A stretch of 64,000 nt of DNA from positions 1 to 64,000 of IMG/VR virus record IMGVR_UViG_3300025838_000001. One strand, 5' to 3'. Position numbers and translations under genes: made by a program. Within the stretch, counting starts at the first letter, position 1. Each line of letters begins with the position of its first letter. Source of the DNA: a virus. The notes under the pieces were generated by a model. It was not told the origin of the DNA. It made no database searches and saw only the letters and a program-made list of their open reading frames with translations. Below, in pieces: positions 16,884 through 28,000 of this stretch.

Positions 16884-18977
16884 ATGTTACAGAAGATAAC
16901 CATATACGGTATTGAGGGTGAGATACCCGATGTTCCTAAGCTAAACACAATAGAGGGGCATGATTTACCTATAGAAGAACAGTACTTCCGTAGGCGTGAA
17001 CTACCTGTGTACATGCAGGCAGAAAATATCGTTTTTGATGATGACGGGGACCCGATATACACTGATCAGCAATTAGCCTATGCCAAGGAAGAACTAGACC
17101 GATGTGAGCATGGCCACTGGGTTATGATCAAAGGAGTACCTACGTTTTTTAACATGTGGTACTACTATTGGCTAACTTACTGGACCTTGGAAGATGGAAA
17201 CCGACCAGAGCACCGGGAATGTGACAGGATATTCTTTTTATTTTTCCAGTTTTGTTATCGAAATCCGTTTATAGCTGGGATTCTTAGAGGAAAGGCTAGA
17301 CGGGAAGGGGCTACATCTCATGGTACGTGCATAGAGATGCACATAGCTACTTTTGATTATAACAAGCGTATTGGTAATATCTCAAAGACCGGTCCGGACG
17401 TATCGGATATGTTTACCAATATGATTGTTTACGCTTTTAAAGCGCTGCCTATATTTCTAAGACCACGTACTGACGGTCCAGAAGATCCTAAAAATGAAAT
17501 ATCGTTTAAGCGCCCAACAAAAAAGAAAAGCCAGAAAGGGGTAGCCGATACCTCCCGGAAAGGTCTTAACTCGATAATCACTAAGCGTGACACTACCCTA
17601 AACTCATACGACTCAGGTAGATGGTCTTTTATCCTGATAGATGAAGGCGCAAAATGGATAAGTGTTAATATTTCTAAATACTGGAACATTGTAAAACAAG
17701 TGTTAGTAAGGGGTGCCTCCCGTGTGGGCTTTGCTTATTTGCCCACTACGGTCAATCCTCCGAACCAAGGGGGCTCTAATTTCCGTACCCTGTATAATCT
17801 AGCTGACCAGTTTAAATACCCGCTAAATCGGCTCCCTAAAGGCTTGGTGAAGTATTTCAAGCCGGCTTATGACGGATTATCTGGGTTTATTGATAAATAC
17901 GGGCACAGTATCATTGAACCACCTGATGAAAAAACACTAGAGTTTTTAATACAAAAAAACCGGGAGGCTAAAGAAGAAGAGCGTATACCAGAAGAGTATT
18001 TAAACCTAGGGGCTAAACAATACCTGGCTTACAAGCGATCTCTGCTAGAGGACGATGACGATATATCCGAAGAAAAAAGGATGTACCCCGTTATCGAATC
18101 CGACATGTTTGACTTCGGAGATGTGATCAGTCCTTTCTCTATTGAAAAGATAGAAGCCCAGGAAGCATGGCTTAAAGAAAATCCTCAGCCGCTAAGACGG
18201 GGTGATTTTGTTTACAACATGATCACCAAAAAAGTAGAGTTTCAGGATAATAAAAAAGGCTTCTGGCTATTACGTAAAACACTTAACGATGGGGAGTCTA
18301 ATAAATTCAGCATTGATGCCAGAAATGTGTGTCACCCGCTAAATACCCATAACTACGGTGGGGGTGCCGATACCTTCAGGTTTGACAATACCCAGGAACT
18401 AGGTTCTAAGGGTACCATCTGGATAGGTAGTAAACTTGATATAAGCAAACCGGAAGAGCAGGAAGGCGGCGAACCTGTTGCTTTCTACATAGGCCGGCCT
18501 AAGCTGACGGAAATGTTCTGGCGGGAGTTGTTACTAGCCTCACTTTACTACGGGTGTACAATCACAGTCGAAAAAGATGCTACCCAGGAATTCATTAAAT
18601 ACTTTCAGGGGACTATGCCCAATTTTATGCAGGCTAACTGCTTGCCGATGCTGGGTAAAAAGCCTGATATCGCTATTGATCAGACAAGAAAAAGAAACAA
18701 AGACAAGGATATGGGTTACGGAGCTTCTTCTGCCGATCCTTTTGTATTTGCTAAACAGATAGAAATTGCTGTACTGTATGTCTATAAATACTGCTACAAA
18801 ATACACTATCCGGATCTGCTCGCTGAACTAAAGATGTTTGACCCGTCTAACCGGACACAATTTGACCAGACTATCGGGTTTATGATGATGCTCCTTAACT
18901 GCATGGGAGACTTCCAGCAAAGAAAGATTGAGAAAAAGAAGTTTAAGCTACTTCGCTATTACCAAAAAGTAGCCTAA
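16884..18977 (+). CDS. Terminase large subunit (candidate)
   Basis: Walker-A-like GKARREGATS and Walker-B-like SFILIDEGAKW. About 700 aa; convergent with the portal-like gene. The ATG at 16884 is preferred over the TTG at 16866, which lies in the terminator. Confidence 0.6.
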   Translation: MLQKITIYGIEGEIPDVPKLNTIEGHDLPIEEQYFRRRELPVYMQAENIVFDDDGDPIYTDQQLAYAKEELDRCEHGHWVMIKGVPTFFNMWYYYWLTYWTLEDGNRPEHRECDRIFFLFFQFCYRNPFIAGILRGKARREGATSHGTCIEMHIATFDYNKRIGNISKTGPDVSDMFTNMIVYAFKALPIFLRPRTDGPEDPKNEISFKRPTKKKSQKGVADTSRKGLNSIITKRDTTLNSYDSGRWSFILIDEGAKWISVNISKYWNIVKQVLVRGASRVGFAYLPTTVNPPNQGGSNFRTLYNLADQFKYPLNRLPKGLVKYFKPAYDGLSGFIDKYGHSIIEPPDEKTLEFLIQKNREAKEEERIPEEYLNLGAKQYLAYKRSLLEDDDDISEEKRMYPVIESDMFDFGDVISPFSIEKIEAQEAWLKENPQPLRRGDFVYNMITKKVEFQDNKKGFWLLRKTLNDGESNKFSIDARNVCHPLNTHNYGGGADTFRFDNTQELGSKGTIWIGSKLDISKPEEQEGGEPVAFYIGRPKLTEMFWRELLLASLYYGCTITVEKDATQEFIKYFQGTMPNFMQANCLPMLGKKPDIAIDQTRKRNKDKDMGYGASSADPFVFAKQIEIAVLYVYKYCYKIHYPDLLAELKMFDPSNRTQFDQTIGFMMMLLNCMGDFQQRKIEKKKFKLLRYYQKVA

Positions 18978-21331
18978 GCCGCCTGCTGCTGTGGTTGCGG
19001 TTGCCCCTGTGGCTGTCCCTGACCTTGTTGCTGTGGAGGCTGGTGAGCCTGGTCGTTCTGTGCTACCGTATTGCTGATAATATAATCCATCAAAGGCATC
19101 ATTTTAGCCAACCCATCTTTATCACCAGAGGCAATAGACTCTTCGTATACCTTAGCCACCAATTTAACCACTTCTTTATAGGCCTCGTTATCTCCGTGGG
19201 CTTTTTCAATAAGTATTTTAGCCTGCGCCTGTGCTTCAAGCTCTTTAATCTTACCCTGAGTCTTTGTTTCAGTAGACATCTGCTGTACTTTCTGATTCAT
19301 CTCCATCTGCATCTGAGCCTGTGCACGTGCTTGTTTCTTAGCCCTTTTCTCCATCTGATCAAGATACATAGTAGCGTTCTCGTGTGACATCTTCTGTATT
19401 TTGAGCGCCTGAGAAGGTGTGAGTGTACCCCTCTGCAGAGATGCTTCTACCATCATTTCAAGATATTGTGCATCGGCAGATTTAGATACCATGTTGATAT
19501 TAACATCAAACGTAGCATCCATCATATCCCGGTTGATACCGGCCATCTGCTTATATTCTTCTCCTTCAAGAACAATCATGTCCCACAAAGCATAGGCTAT
19601 CTTAGTAGCGTTCTGCTCCATAATCTCTATGTAGGCATCGTACACGTATTCTGTATTGTTATTAGCCGCCTGCACCTGGTTATCGCTAACTGCTTTACCT
19701 CTTTTAGCCGGTACCGCACCACCCAAACTATCCTGGTTAACACCCCACTCGTCATTAAGCCTCTGTAGCCAGAAGTTATACAACTGGATAAGCATAGTTA
19801 TCTGAGCTACGTTTCCACCAGTTTTTATCTCCCTAAAAGGTGACTTGCCAGGTTCCCCAAACCCGGTACCTGACTGATCGGTGCTGTCGTAGTATGCCCG
19901 GCCCGTTGCATCGTATATCTTCATTAGTTCCAACGGTTCCTGTGGACCTTGCCCTAAATCAAGGGAATGTAGGTTAGCGATATCAACCTCTAACCCGTCT
20001 GACTTCATCTGTGACACCATCTTGGCAATGTTCAGGACAGTCATAATCATAGCCCTTACTGCTGGGATACCTCTTTCGAGCAAAGAAGGTACATAATACC
20101 CGTCTGCGTTAGGATACACCACAGAATAGTTTAAAAAGCAATCAACCCCATTTTGGTAAGGTCGTATGATATAGGGGGACACATCCCAGTGAAGCATGAT
20201 CTTGGTATTCACGGCCCATACGCCACAGTATACGTTAAAGCGCTCTGTTTCTATCGGGGTTGTGGAGTTTGACGGCCCAGGTCTTCCCTTCTTTTGGTGT
20301 ACCCCGGTGGTTCCATCTTCACGCTTAAAAGAAACATGGTATTCCTTGTCGTAAACCTTTACCTCATAATCGTAAACAAGGATAGAATAATCGTCATAAG
20401 GACGGTTAAAAGAAGAAATGTATGATTCGTACCAGGTAAGGTTATCCGTCTGATTTAAGCCTGTCTGTGCGTTTTGGGCAAGATCAAACCACTCTTTTTC
20501 TGTAACCTTGGGGTATTTACGCCTGGCTTCTGATATTTTTATCGGGTAAGCCTCTCCGAAAATAGATACATCACTACCGTTATCGTTCTCGAATATGTTG
20601 TAAACGCAGTTCTTTGGCTTGCATCTGCGTATAAATAACCGGTTGGCCAGCGTCTTACCGCTGGTTTTAGGCATCTTCTCTAGCTTGGTTGCCATCAGGT
20701 TAGTTACACATCCATCACGCAATAGTTTACGTTTCAGGTAGTCTTTGCCGCTATTCTCAATTATCTGGTCAATGGTTTTCTGGAAAAAAGCCTCTTCCGG
20801 CAGCCGGTATTCAATTTTGTAGTAAAGATCAAGTTCGTCATCGTCTTCCGGAACATACCCCTTTTGCAGTTTAAGACCAGATATTTTCTCCATATTCTTG
20901 ATCTTCTCCTGCTCTTCCATGTACATCTTAGAAACCTGCTTCTCCTTTTTCTTGGTCTGCTCTGCCAGAGCATCGGTAGCCTTAACTGATGGTTTTTCGT
21001 CACGGTTCATAAAACCACCCAAAATATTAGCCAGGTACCGGGGAATCAGTTTTACTATACCTCGGTCTATATTGATCAGGGACTCGTTACCCTGTATCCC
21101 CATCAACTGAAGGAATTCTCTATTGTCTGTGGTACCCTTAGCATACTCCTCATTCTTATTCCACTGTTCGTATCTGTTCTGGTAGTACCCATTGTTTCCA
21201 AAGGATACAAATGTCCACATCTGCTCAGATAATTTAAGCCCGTATTCAGGCTTCCTTTTCTCAGAAGGTACTTCAAACTGGATTTTAAGTAAGGCATCAA
21301 AATCCGGGGTGTTGAATGGGCTAGAGCTCAC
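18974..21331 (-). CDS. Portal protein (candidate) with Q/P/G low-complexity C-terminus
   Basis: 785 aa, next to the terminase gene, last gene of the late operon. C-terminus ...HQPPQQQGQGQPQGQPQPQQQAA. Assigned by size and position only. Confidence 0.45.
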   Translation of the reverse strand: MSSSPFNTPDFDALLKIQFEVPSEKRKPEYGLKLSEQMWTFVSFGNNGYYQNRYEQWNKNEEYAKGTTDNREFLQLMGIQGNESLINIDRGIVKLIPRYLANILGGFMNRDEKPSVKATDALAEQTKKKEKQVSKMYMEEQEKIKNMEKISGLKLQKGYVPEDDDELDLYYKIEYRLPEEAFFQKTIDQIIENSGKDYLKRKLLRDGCVTNLMATKLEKMPKTSGKTLANRLFIRRCKPKNCVYNIFENDNGSDVSIFGEAYPIKISEARRKYPKVTEKEWFDLAQNAQTGLNQTDNLTWYESYISSFNRPYDDYSILVYDYEVKVYDKEYHVSFKREDGTTGVHQKKGRPGPSNSTTPIETERFNVYCGVWAVNTKIMLHWDVSPYIIRPYQNGVDCFLNYSVVYPNADGYYVPSLLERGIPAVRAMIMTVLNIAKMVSQMKSDGLEVDIANLHSLDLGQGPQEPLELMKIYDATGRAYYDSTDQSGTGFGEPGKSPFREIKTGGNVAQITMLIQLYNFWLQRLNDEWGVNQDSLGGAVPAKRGKAVSDNQVQAANNNTEYVYDAYIEIMEQNATKIAYALWDMIVLEGEEYKQMAGINRDMMDATFDVNINMVSKSADAQYLEMMVEASLQRGTLTPSQALKIQKMSHENATMYLDQMEKRAKKQARAQAQMQMEMNQKVQQMSTETKTQGKIKELEAQAQAKILIEKAHGDNEAYKEVVKLVAKVYEESIASGDKDGLAKMMPLMDYIISNTVAQNDQAHQPPQQQGQGQPQGQPQPQQQAA

Positions 21332-21383
21332 TTGGGTATATTTTGATTACAAAATAACGAAATTATGCGATTGGTTGCAGGTA

Positions 21384-21415
21384 TTAAAAAGCCCCCTTAA
21401 CCAAAAAAGGGGGCT
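21384..21415 (-). terminator. Rho-independent terminator after the endolysin gene
   Basis: Minus strand: AGCCCCCTT-loop-AAGGGGGCT followed by TTTTAATA. Confidence 0.6.
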
Positions 21416-21459
21416 CCCATAACCAAAAAACAAAATGAATTCAGATTACAAAGATAGTG

Positions 21460-21987
21460 TTATGCGCTGAATTGTATTGCGTTTACCCTGTTAATCCAGC
21501 CGTTATAATATTCTTGATCAGATGGATTAGACGCTACGATTGCCTGATACCTAGCAATACGCTTTTGTTTTAATGACTCAAATAAAGAAGCCTGATCTGC
21601 TGCATTAATAGCGGCTAAGGTATTTGCTCCAGGATGCCCATCTACTGTCACGCCTACTATTGACTGAACAAATTTGGCTATTAGCACCCTTCCTTGATTT
21701 AACCCTGCATCTACGACATACTCAGCTACTAACTGATTGTTGATACTATCAGCGCTAAAATGGTCCCAGTATAGTTTTTTAAGCACCTTGGCAGCATCTT
21801 CAGCGGGTAACGCCTTTACGTCCTGCCAATCAATTTTCCCGTCTCCATTTTCATCCAGGTTATATTCCTGAAGATCGTCTACTGTAAGACCGAATTTTGT
21901 AGCCCCTCCGGTGTCGTTTGGGTCGTTTTCAAAAACTGTTCCCTCTAGTTTATTTTCTAGGGGAAAATATTGATTAAAATTTGCCAT
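21460..21987 (-). CDS. Endolysin, GH108 lysozyme plus PG_binding_3 domain
   Basis: LEGTVFENDPNDTGGATKFGLT (GH108 catalytic region) and ...DAGLNQGRVLIAKFVQSIVGVTVDGHPGANT (PG_binding_3 pattern). Confidence 0.8.
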   Translation of the reverse strand: MANFNQYFPLENKLEGTVFENDPNDTGGATKFGLTVDDLQEYNLDENGDGKIDWQDVKALPAEDAAKVLKKLYWDHFSADSINNQLVAEYVVDAGLNQGRVLIAKFVQSIVGVTVDGHPGANTLAAINAADQASLFESLKQKRIARYQAIVASNPSDQEYYNGWINRVNAIQFSA

Positions 21988-22697
21988 TACGTTTTGCTTT
22001 TAATATATGATGTAACAGAAGAAATTGCCTGTGGTATTACTTTTTTAAAGTCAAAGAATATAGCCAGGGCAAGTAATACCAGAATCCCGGTTATAATCCA
22101 ACGAAGACTAGATATCGTCCCATCCTTATTTTTTATCTCGGTGTTTAATACCCCAATCATCCCGTCACGGTTAGCAATTACCTGGTAAGCCTTATTGGTG
22201 CTATCCCTCCATCTATCGGCTTCTGAGTGATCGGTAATGGTTGTATCTCCAGGGACTATTACCTTAACCGGATGTGCTAGGTATTGCTTCTCCGCTTGAT
22301 CATAACCTAGATCATAGGCTTCGATAGCGGCCTGTGCACAGTCCTTTACGGTATCCTTGGCCAGTTCTTTTTTAAGGCTATCAATTAAAAATCGCTCGTA
22401 GTTGGTATCCCTCACCAAAACATCGTTGTTTACGTATATAGTTTTAGGGGGTGATACTTTAACGGAAGTGTCTTTTGGGTGGGCATCGTCCCACTTGCTT
22501 ACCACTTGCTGCTGTAGTGGTTCAGAAGCGTTTACCCGGTTAACCGCTGCAGTATCCTTTCTGGCAGCTATTTTTTCCGGATTACAGCTACTAAATAACA
22601 AAGCCGCAATAAATACGGCTAAGGCTATTAAAAGAGCAATCTTCACTCTTTTAACCCACCATGGGTTTATATCATTAAACAGACTCATCGGTATCAT
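21987..22697 (-). CDS. Unimolecular-spanin-like protein (lipobox plus C-terminal TM)
   Basis: N-terminal signal with lipobox LLFSSC and C-terminal TM WIITGILVLLALAIFFDF. Its stop overlaps the endolysin start. Confidence 0.4.
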   Translation of the reverse strand: MIPMSLFNDINPWWVKRVKIALLIALAVFIAALLFSSCNPEKIAARKDTAAVNRVNASEPLQQQVVSKWDDAHPKDTSVKVSPPKTIYVNNDVLVRDTNYERFLIDSLKKELAKDTVKDCAQAAIEAYDLGYDQAEKQYLAHPVKVIVPGDTTITDHSEADRWRDSTNKAYQVIANRDGMIGVLNTEIKNKDGTISSLRWIITGILVLLALAIFFDFKKVIPQAISSVTSYIKSKT

Positions 22698-23016
22698 TTT
22701 GTATTTGGTTTTTTAAGTGTCGCTGACGTATTTGGTAGGCTCTTTCGTTATTACTGATATGCGCTTCTCTCCATTTCTCAAAAGACCTGGCTATTGTAGT
22801 CATTAAAAATACAATAGCTAAGACGCTTACTACTGACTGATACGGTTCCGATAACTGGAATATCTGTTCTTTCGGAATTCCTAGAAACGTAGCCCATTTA
22901 CCGAAAACGGACATTAGCGTAATTGGCCAGCCAAGGCACTGTATGATTATCCAAGTTATCTTAGCCGATGCCATTTTATCAGTTTTTTGATTTGTGGGTA
23001 TAAGGTGATTATACAT
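22675..23016 (-). CDS. Membrane protein (holin/antiholin candidate)
   Basis: Hydrophobic helices (WIIIQCLGWPITLMSVF; VVSVLAIVFLMTTIA). Lysis-cassette context. The start may be the internal ATG at 22974. Confidence 0.45.
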   Translation of the reverse strand: MYNHLIPTNQKTDKMASAKITWIIIQCLGWPITLMSVFGKWATFLGIPKEQIFQLSEPYQSVVSVLAIVFLMTTIARSFEKWREAHISNNERAYQIRQRHLKNQIQNDTDESV

Positions 23017-23330
23017 ATCAATAGTATTTCTACCAAAAATAGTCCAAATATTACAGAAATCCTATTAGCAGAAGCATAGTCACGGATAGCGAAAAATTGC
23101 CAAACCCATCTCACTAAAAAGAAGCCACCTATTAATACCCATACAGCCTTATACGCTTTTGCTGGATATACAATGCAAAGGGACAAGAGAATGTCTTTTC
23201 CCTTGTCCCAAGCATAGTAGTATTTATTCCATAATCCGTTAGGATCATAACCATAATCAGCCGAACAGTACCCTAATAGCAGCCCAATTAGAATAAACGA
23301 TATAGTTAGTGGGTGCAGGTACTTTCTCAT
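22956..23330 (-). CDS. Multi-pass membrane protein (holin candidate)
   Basis: 3-4 predicted TM helices by eye. Confidence 0.45.
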   Translation of the reverse strand: MRKYLHPLTISFILIGLLLGYCSADYGYDPNGLWNKYYYAWDKGKDILLSLCIVYPAKAYKAVWVLIGGFFLVRWVWQFFAIRDYASANRISVIFGLFLVEILLICIITLYPQIKKLIKWHRLR

Positions 23331-23815
23331 TATTCTGGTTTTATAGGCGGTACTGGTGGCGTATCTCCGCTATCCTGTACCTGTTGTACTGGCGCAGGCG
23401 TTGTAGTTGGAGTCGCTGATACCGGAGTAGTCGGTGCAGGCGCTCCTAACCCAAACTTAACAGCAAGATAAGATCCAGCGACACCGGCTGCAGTGTGCAA
23501 TAGCAAGTTCCAATCTATAGCCGTAGCGGTAATAGCCGCTGCCGCAAAAGAGATAATCCCTGATCCTATAGCCAGAACAAGGCCACTGATCAAATCTGTT
23601 ACGCTAACGTGTCCCAGAAAGGATGTTGAACTTAAAGACGGGAATACCAGGTTCTTTCCTAAGTAAACCAATAAGTTTCCAATCAGGGTAATAGCCAGAA
23701 CTGTCCAGGCAGTCTTCGTTGCCGGGAATCCGTTCTGCTGGAAGAAACTTACAGCCACGGCTCCCAGAGCTGTAGCCAGTGCGGTAATTGATAACTTTGT
23801 TGTTGTCGTTGCCAT
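23330..23815 (-). CDS. Multi-pass membrane protein with P/T-rich C-terminal tail
   Basis: Four hydrophobic helices, then APAPTTPVSATPTTTPAPV...PPVPPIKPE. Confidence 0.5.
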   Translation of the reverse strand: MATTTTKLSITALATALGAVAVSFFQQNGFPATKTAWTVLAITLIGNLLVYLGKNLVFPSLSSTSFLGHVSVTDLISGLVLAIGSGIISFAAAAITATAIDWNLLLHTAAGVAGSYLAVKFGLGAPAPTTPVSATPTTTPAPVQQVQDSGDTPPVPPIKPE

Positions 23816-23898
23816 GATTTTACAAATTTAGTGTTGATTTAAACGTTTTGTTAGGGTGTTTTAACTGTAAAAATTTCGGTGTTTTTCTATTTGGTAAA

Positions 23899-24270
23899 TC
23901 AGTTTGTTTTTACTATTAAGCCTAATGAATTAATCTGTAACGATACCCATGTTTGTCCGTTGTCGGTAGTTATACATACCCATTGATTATTCCCCTTAAT
24001 TGGGTCGGTAGTTGATTGGGAATTGTACAAAGACATACCTACTGCTATTACGGGTAAATCTCTGTAATAAGGCCTGCCTGAATTTCTGTTATTATACGCA
24101 TCGGTAGCACTTGCGTATAACCCTGCCGTACCCATGTAAAAGTATTTGGCATTTGCGTTGGGTGTAATGTTTGTTGATGTTTGAGTCGGTAATGTTACCG
24201 AAGGTGTACAGTATGACAATGATACTGCCATTAAAATTAAAATGTATTTCATTGGTTTTATTTTTAACAT
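23899..24270 (-). CDS. Small lipoprotein/secreted protein
   Basis: Signal MKYILILMAVSLSYC (lipobox-like). Confidence 0.5.
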   Translation of the reverse strand: MLKIKPMKYILILMAVSLSYCTPSVTLPTQTSTNITPNANAKYFYMGTAGLYASATDAYNNRNSGRPYYRDLPVIAVGMSLYNSQSTTDPIKGNNQWVCITTDNGQTWVSLQINSLGLIVKTN

Positions 24271-25094
24271 GATGATGAGAATGATAATAAGTTACCGCCT
24301 GAATCAATTTGACAACCATATTTTACTCCGCCTATACTTATACTGTAATAAGTTCCTGCACCTGCCCCTACAAATGGAATTGATAAAGCGGGATCTGTAT
24401 AGAATTTAGTAATCGTTGGTGTAGGTGTTGTGCTCATTGTGTTTATGCTTGCATACATTGAAGTACCCCCACTTGCTGCCGCCCTTGCTGCCGTACAGCT
24501 ACCGTATGTTGTAGGATAGTTATTAAATATAAAGGCGTAACTAACGGGGCAAGAACCGCTTTGTGCTATGTAGTATCCCGAATACGCATTTTGCCTAAGA
24601 TAGTACCAGTTTCCCCCATTATAAACATAAGTTTTATCAGTCCAACAACAATTAATAACCGTTCCTATACTTAAAGATGTGTTATAACTTAAATTATCTG
24701 TTCTTCCTGAAAGGTAATTATCACAAGCTAGTGCAGACGAATACCACCCTGAAGGGTTGCTATGGTTTAATGCACTATCGTAAACCGTTATTGTATTGGG
24801 TAAGTAGGGGGTTAAGTCGGATTGCCAAATAAGTTGTTTATTACCCCTAGATGCAAAACCCGCATTTCCAACCGTATCTATGTAAATATAATATGCAATA
24901 CTATCCCTTTCTATTAGTCTATACAATCCGTTTGTAGGCAGTGCATTTTTAATTTGGAATACATAGTTTGTGGTTGCATCGGTTATAGCCCCCCATGAAA
25001 CGCATTGCCCTGAAGTAAGCGAACCCCATGTTTGTTGAGAAAAACAAGAGTTAATAGAAATAAGTAATATCAATAATGTTTTAACTAATCTCAT
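24264..25094 (-). CDS. Secreted-type protein downstream of the fibre gene
   Basis: Signal MRLVKTLLILLISINSCFSQQ; Cys/Tyr/Gly-rich beta-type body. Confidence 0.55.
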   Translation of the reverse strand: MRLVKTLLILLISINSCFSQQTWGSLTSGQCVSWGAITDATTNYVFQIKNALPTNGLYRLIERDSIAYYIYIDTVGNAGFASRGNKQLIWQSDLTPYLPNTITVYDSALNHSNPSGWYSSALACDNYLSGRTDNLSYNTSLSIGTVINCCWTDKTYVYNGGNWYYLRQNAYSGYYIAQSGSCPVSYAFIFNNYPTTYGSCTAARAAASGGTSMYASINTMSTTPTPTITKFYTDPALSIPFVGAGAGTYYSISIGGVKYGCQIDSGGNLLSFSSSC

Positions 25095-28000
25095 TTCAAT
25101 TTAGATTTAAGTTTAATTAATTCTTTTTTTAATTCAATAACTTCTTTTTGTAGGTCGTATATTTCCTTTGTATGTAATTCTGTATAGTTTACTGATTTCA
25201 TACCATTACCATCCGTATTAACTAAGAAAGGATATACTTTTTCTACTTCTTGTGCTATATACCAAAAATGTTTTTGTTTGGTTGAATCTGATTTCCAACT
25301 ACCTACTACAAAATCAAACCCGTTATCAGTTTTATATCTATTTGTAATGTTCTTTAATCTAATATCTGAACTATTATAAAACGAACTTGCTGTAACAGAA
25401 GAAGCAAAAGTAGCCTGTTGTGAACTGTTAAATGATAAAGCAGTTATACCACCACTTACTAACGAGAGGTTTACCCCAGTTTGTGCAAGCAGTTGCATTA
25501 TTGTTGAACTAGCATATAAGTACCCATTCCCGGCAAGTGTTACAAATTGGTCTGTAGAACCATTTACATTTAACACGCCTCTTGTAGCAGAGGGAGCAAC
25601 AGCGAAATTATTTCCGCCTGCGCTAATACCATTACCTGCTGTAGTGTTCAATAAGCCACTAAACGCACCTGCACCCGCATATAACGCACCTGTACCTGTG
25701 CCTGAAGTAGAGCCAAGAGTAAATGAACTATTTGTACCGTCAAATATCCCAAATAAGGTATTCTTACCATTATAGATATTTAATGACCTGAATTGAGTGC
25801 TTCCATTATTATAACCATTATAATTTATGTTTAAGGTTGCAGATGCGTTTGAATTATAATAGCTGTTTATTTGGTCACTATTTGTATAGATATATTTAGA
25901 AGAATTGAAAAAGATATTTCCATTAACATATAAATCACCTGTCATTGGTGTACCTGAACCCGCAGATATTGGGAAATAAGTACTACTTGCTGAACCCGTT
26001 GTCAAATAAGTATTCACATCAAGCGCAAAAGTTCCCGCTGCCGTCATTTTAACGAATGAAGTACTGGCATAGGATAGCCCCGCTAAACTTGTTAGGTTGG
26101 TAGCCAATGGCTGCGCTCCTACGGTATTATAACTAATGGTTAAAGCAGATGAACCATTATACGTTGAACCACTGGCTGCACCCGAACCACTATTATTAAT
26201 AGTTAAAGAATTTGGATTATTTGCAGTAATGGTTATTGCTCCGCCTAAAGAAACGGCAGTACTATTTATTGTTATTGAACTGTTGGCAAGGTTAGCATTT
26301 GTTATCCCGGCACTACCTGAAAGGTTACTATTTACTAAACCAGTAATACCTGACCCTGAACCACTAAACGAACTTGCTGTAACAGAAGAAGCAAAAGTAG
26401 CCTGTTGTGAACTGTTAAATGATAAAGCAGTTATACCACCACTTGCTAACGAGAGGTTTACCCCAGTTTGTGCAAGCAGTTGCATTATTGTTGAACTAGC
26501 ATATAAGTACCCATTCCCGGCAAGTGTTACAAATTGGTCTGTAGAACCATTTACATTTAACACGCCTCTTGTAGCAGAGGGAGCAACAGCGAAATTATTT
26601 CCGCCTGCGCTAATACCATTACCTGCTGTAGTGTTCAATAAGCCACTAAACGCACCTGCACCCGCATATAACGCACCTGTACCTGTGCCTGAAGTAGAGC
26701 CAAGAGTAAATGAACTATTTGTACCGTCAAATATCCCAAATAAGGTATTCTTACCATTATAGATATTTAATGACCTGAATTGAGTGCTTCCATTATTATA
26801 ACCATTATAATTTATGTTTAAGGTTGCAGATGCGTTTGAATTATAATAGCTGTTTATTTGGTCACTATTTGTATAGATATATTTAGAAGAATTGAAAAAG
26901 ATATTTCCATTAACATATAAATCACCTGTCATTGGTGTACCTGAACCCGCAGATATTGGGAAATAAGTACTACTTGCTGAACCCGTTGTCAAATAAGTAT
27001 TCACATCAAGCGCAAAAGTTCCCGCTGCCGTCATTTTAACGAATGAAGTACTGGCATAGGATAGCCCCGCTAAACTTGTTAGGTTGGTAGCCAATGGCTG
27101 CGCTCCTACGGTATTATAACTAATGGTTAAAGCAGATGAACCATTATACGTTGAACCACTGGCTGCACCCGAACCACTATTATTAATAGTTAAAGAATTT
27201 GGATTATTTGCAGTAATGGTTATTGCTCCGCCTAAAGAAACGGCAGTACTATTTATTGTTATTGAACTGTTGGCAAGGTTAGCATTTGTTATCCCGGCAC
27301 TACCTGAAAGGTTACTATTTACTAAACCAGTAATACCTGACCCTGAACCACTAAACGAACTTGCTGTAACAGCCCCTGTTGCAGAAAGTGTATAAATCTT
27401 AGTCCATGAACCGTTATAATTCCAAATATCCTCTCCATAAGAAGCATTTAATTGGTGCAACATTTGATAACTGTTACCAGAATTTGCAATACTGAAATAA
27501 GGGCCTGCTGCAACTGAATTTGATGCTGTGCCTAACGCATTCATTAATGTGCCAGTAATTTGGCCAGCATAAAAAGAGCCAACACCAGTTCCAACCGTAC
27601 TTCCTAATGTAAGGGAACCCTGTGGCATAGTTGCATTCAAAGAACTATTGAAAACAAAAACATCAGAATAGGTTGACCCTGTTTGAGTAGTACTAATTTG
27701 TAAATGCCAATCGCCATAAGAAACCAGATCATTCATCATTCGCCAACTTCTTGAAGAAGTATTAGGTGCATAGTCAAAATAAAAAGCTGCTAAGTTTCCG
27801 CTACTATTTGAAGGAATGTGAAATGCTGCTGCTGCGGTTATTACCTGTGAACTATTTATTGTTAATGCAGTAGTATTACCGTTTGTACCTATGTACATTA
27901 TCCCCCCATAAGCGGAAATTTCTCCTTGCAAAGAGGCTCCTGTTGTAAAGTTTAATGAAGGTATTGCGGAACTCCCTGCGTTTACAGTCAATGCTATTGA

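Noticed and set aside
18974-18977. Four-nucleotide overlap of the convergent terL and portal-like stops as a regulatory feature
   Set aside because: It is simply shared stop-codon bases (TAA/TTA) of convergent genes. No structure or motif is associated with it.
26136-27395. Plus-strand ORFs 26136-26762 and 27123-27395 with identical N-termini
   Set aside because: They are antisense shadows of the duplicated fibre segment. They were useful only as confirmation of the 987-bp period.
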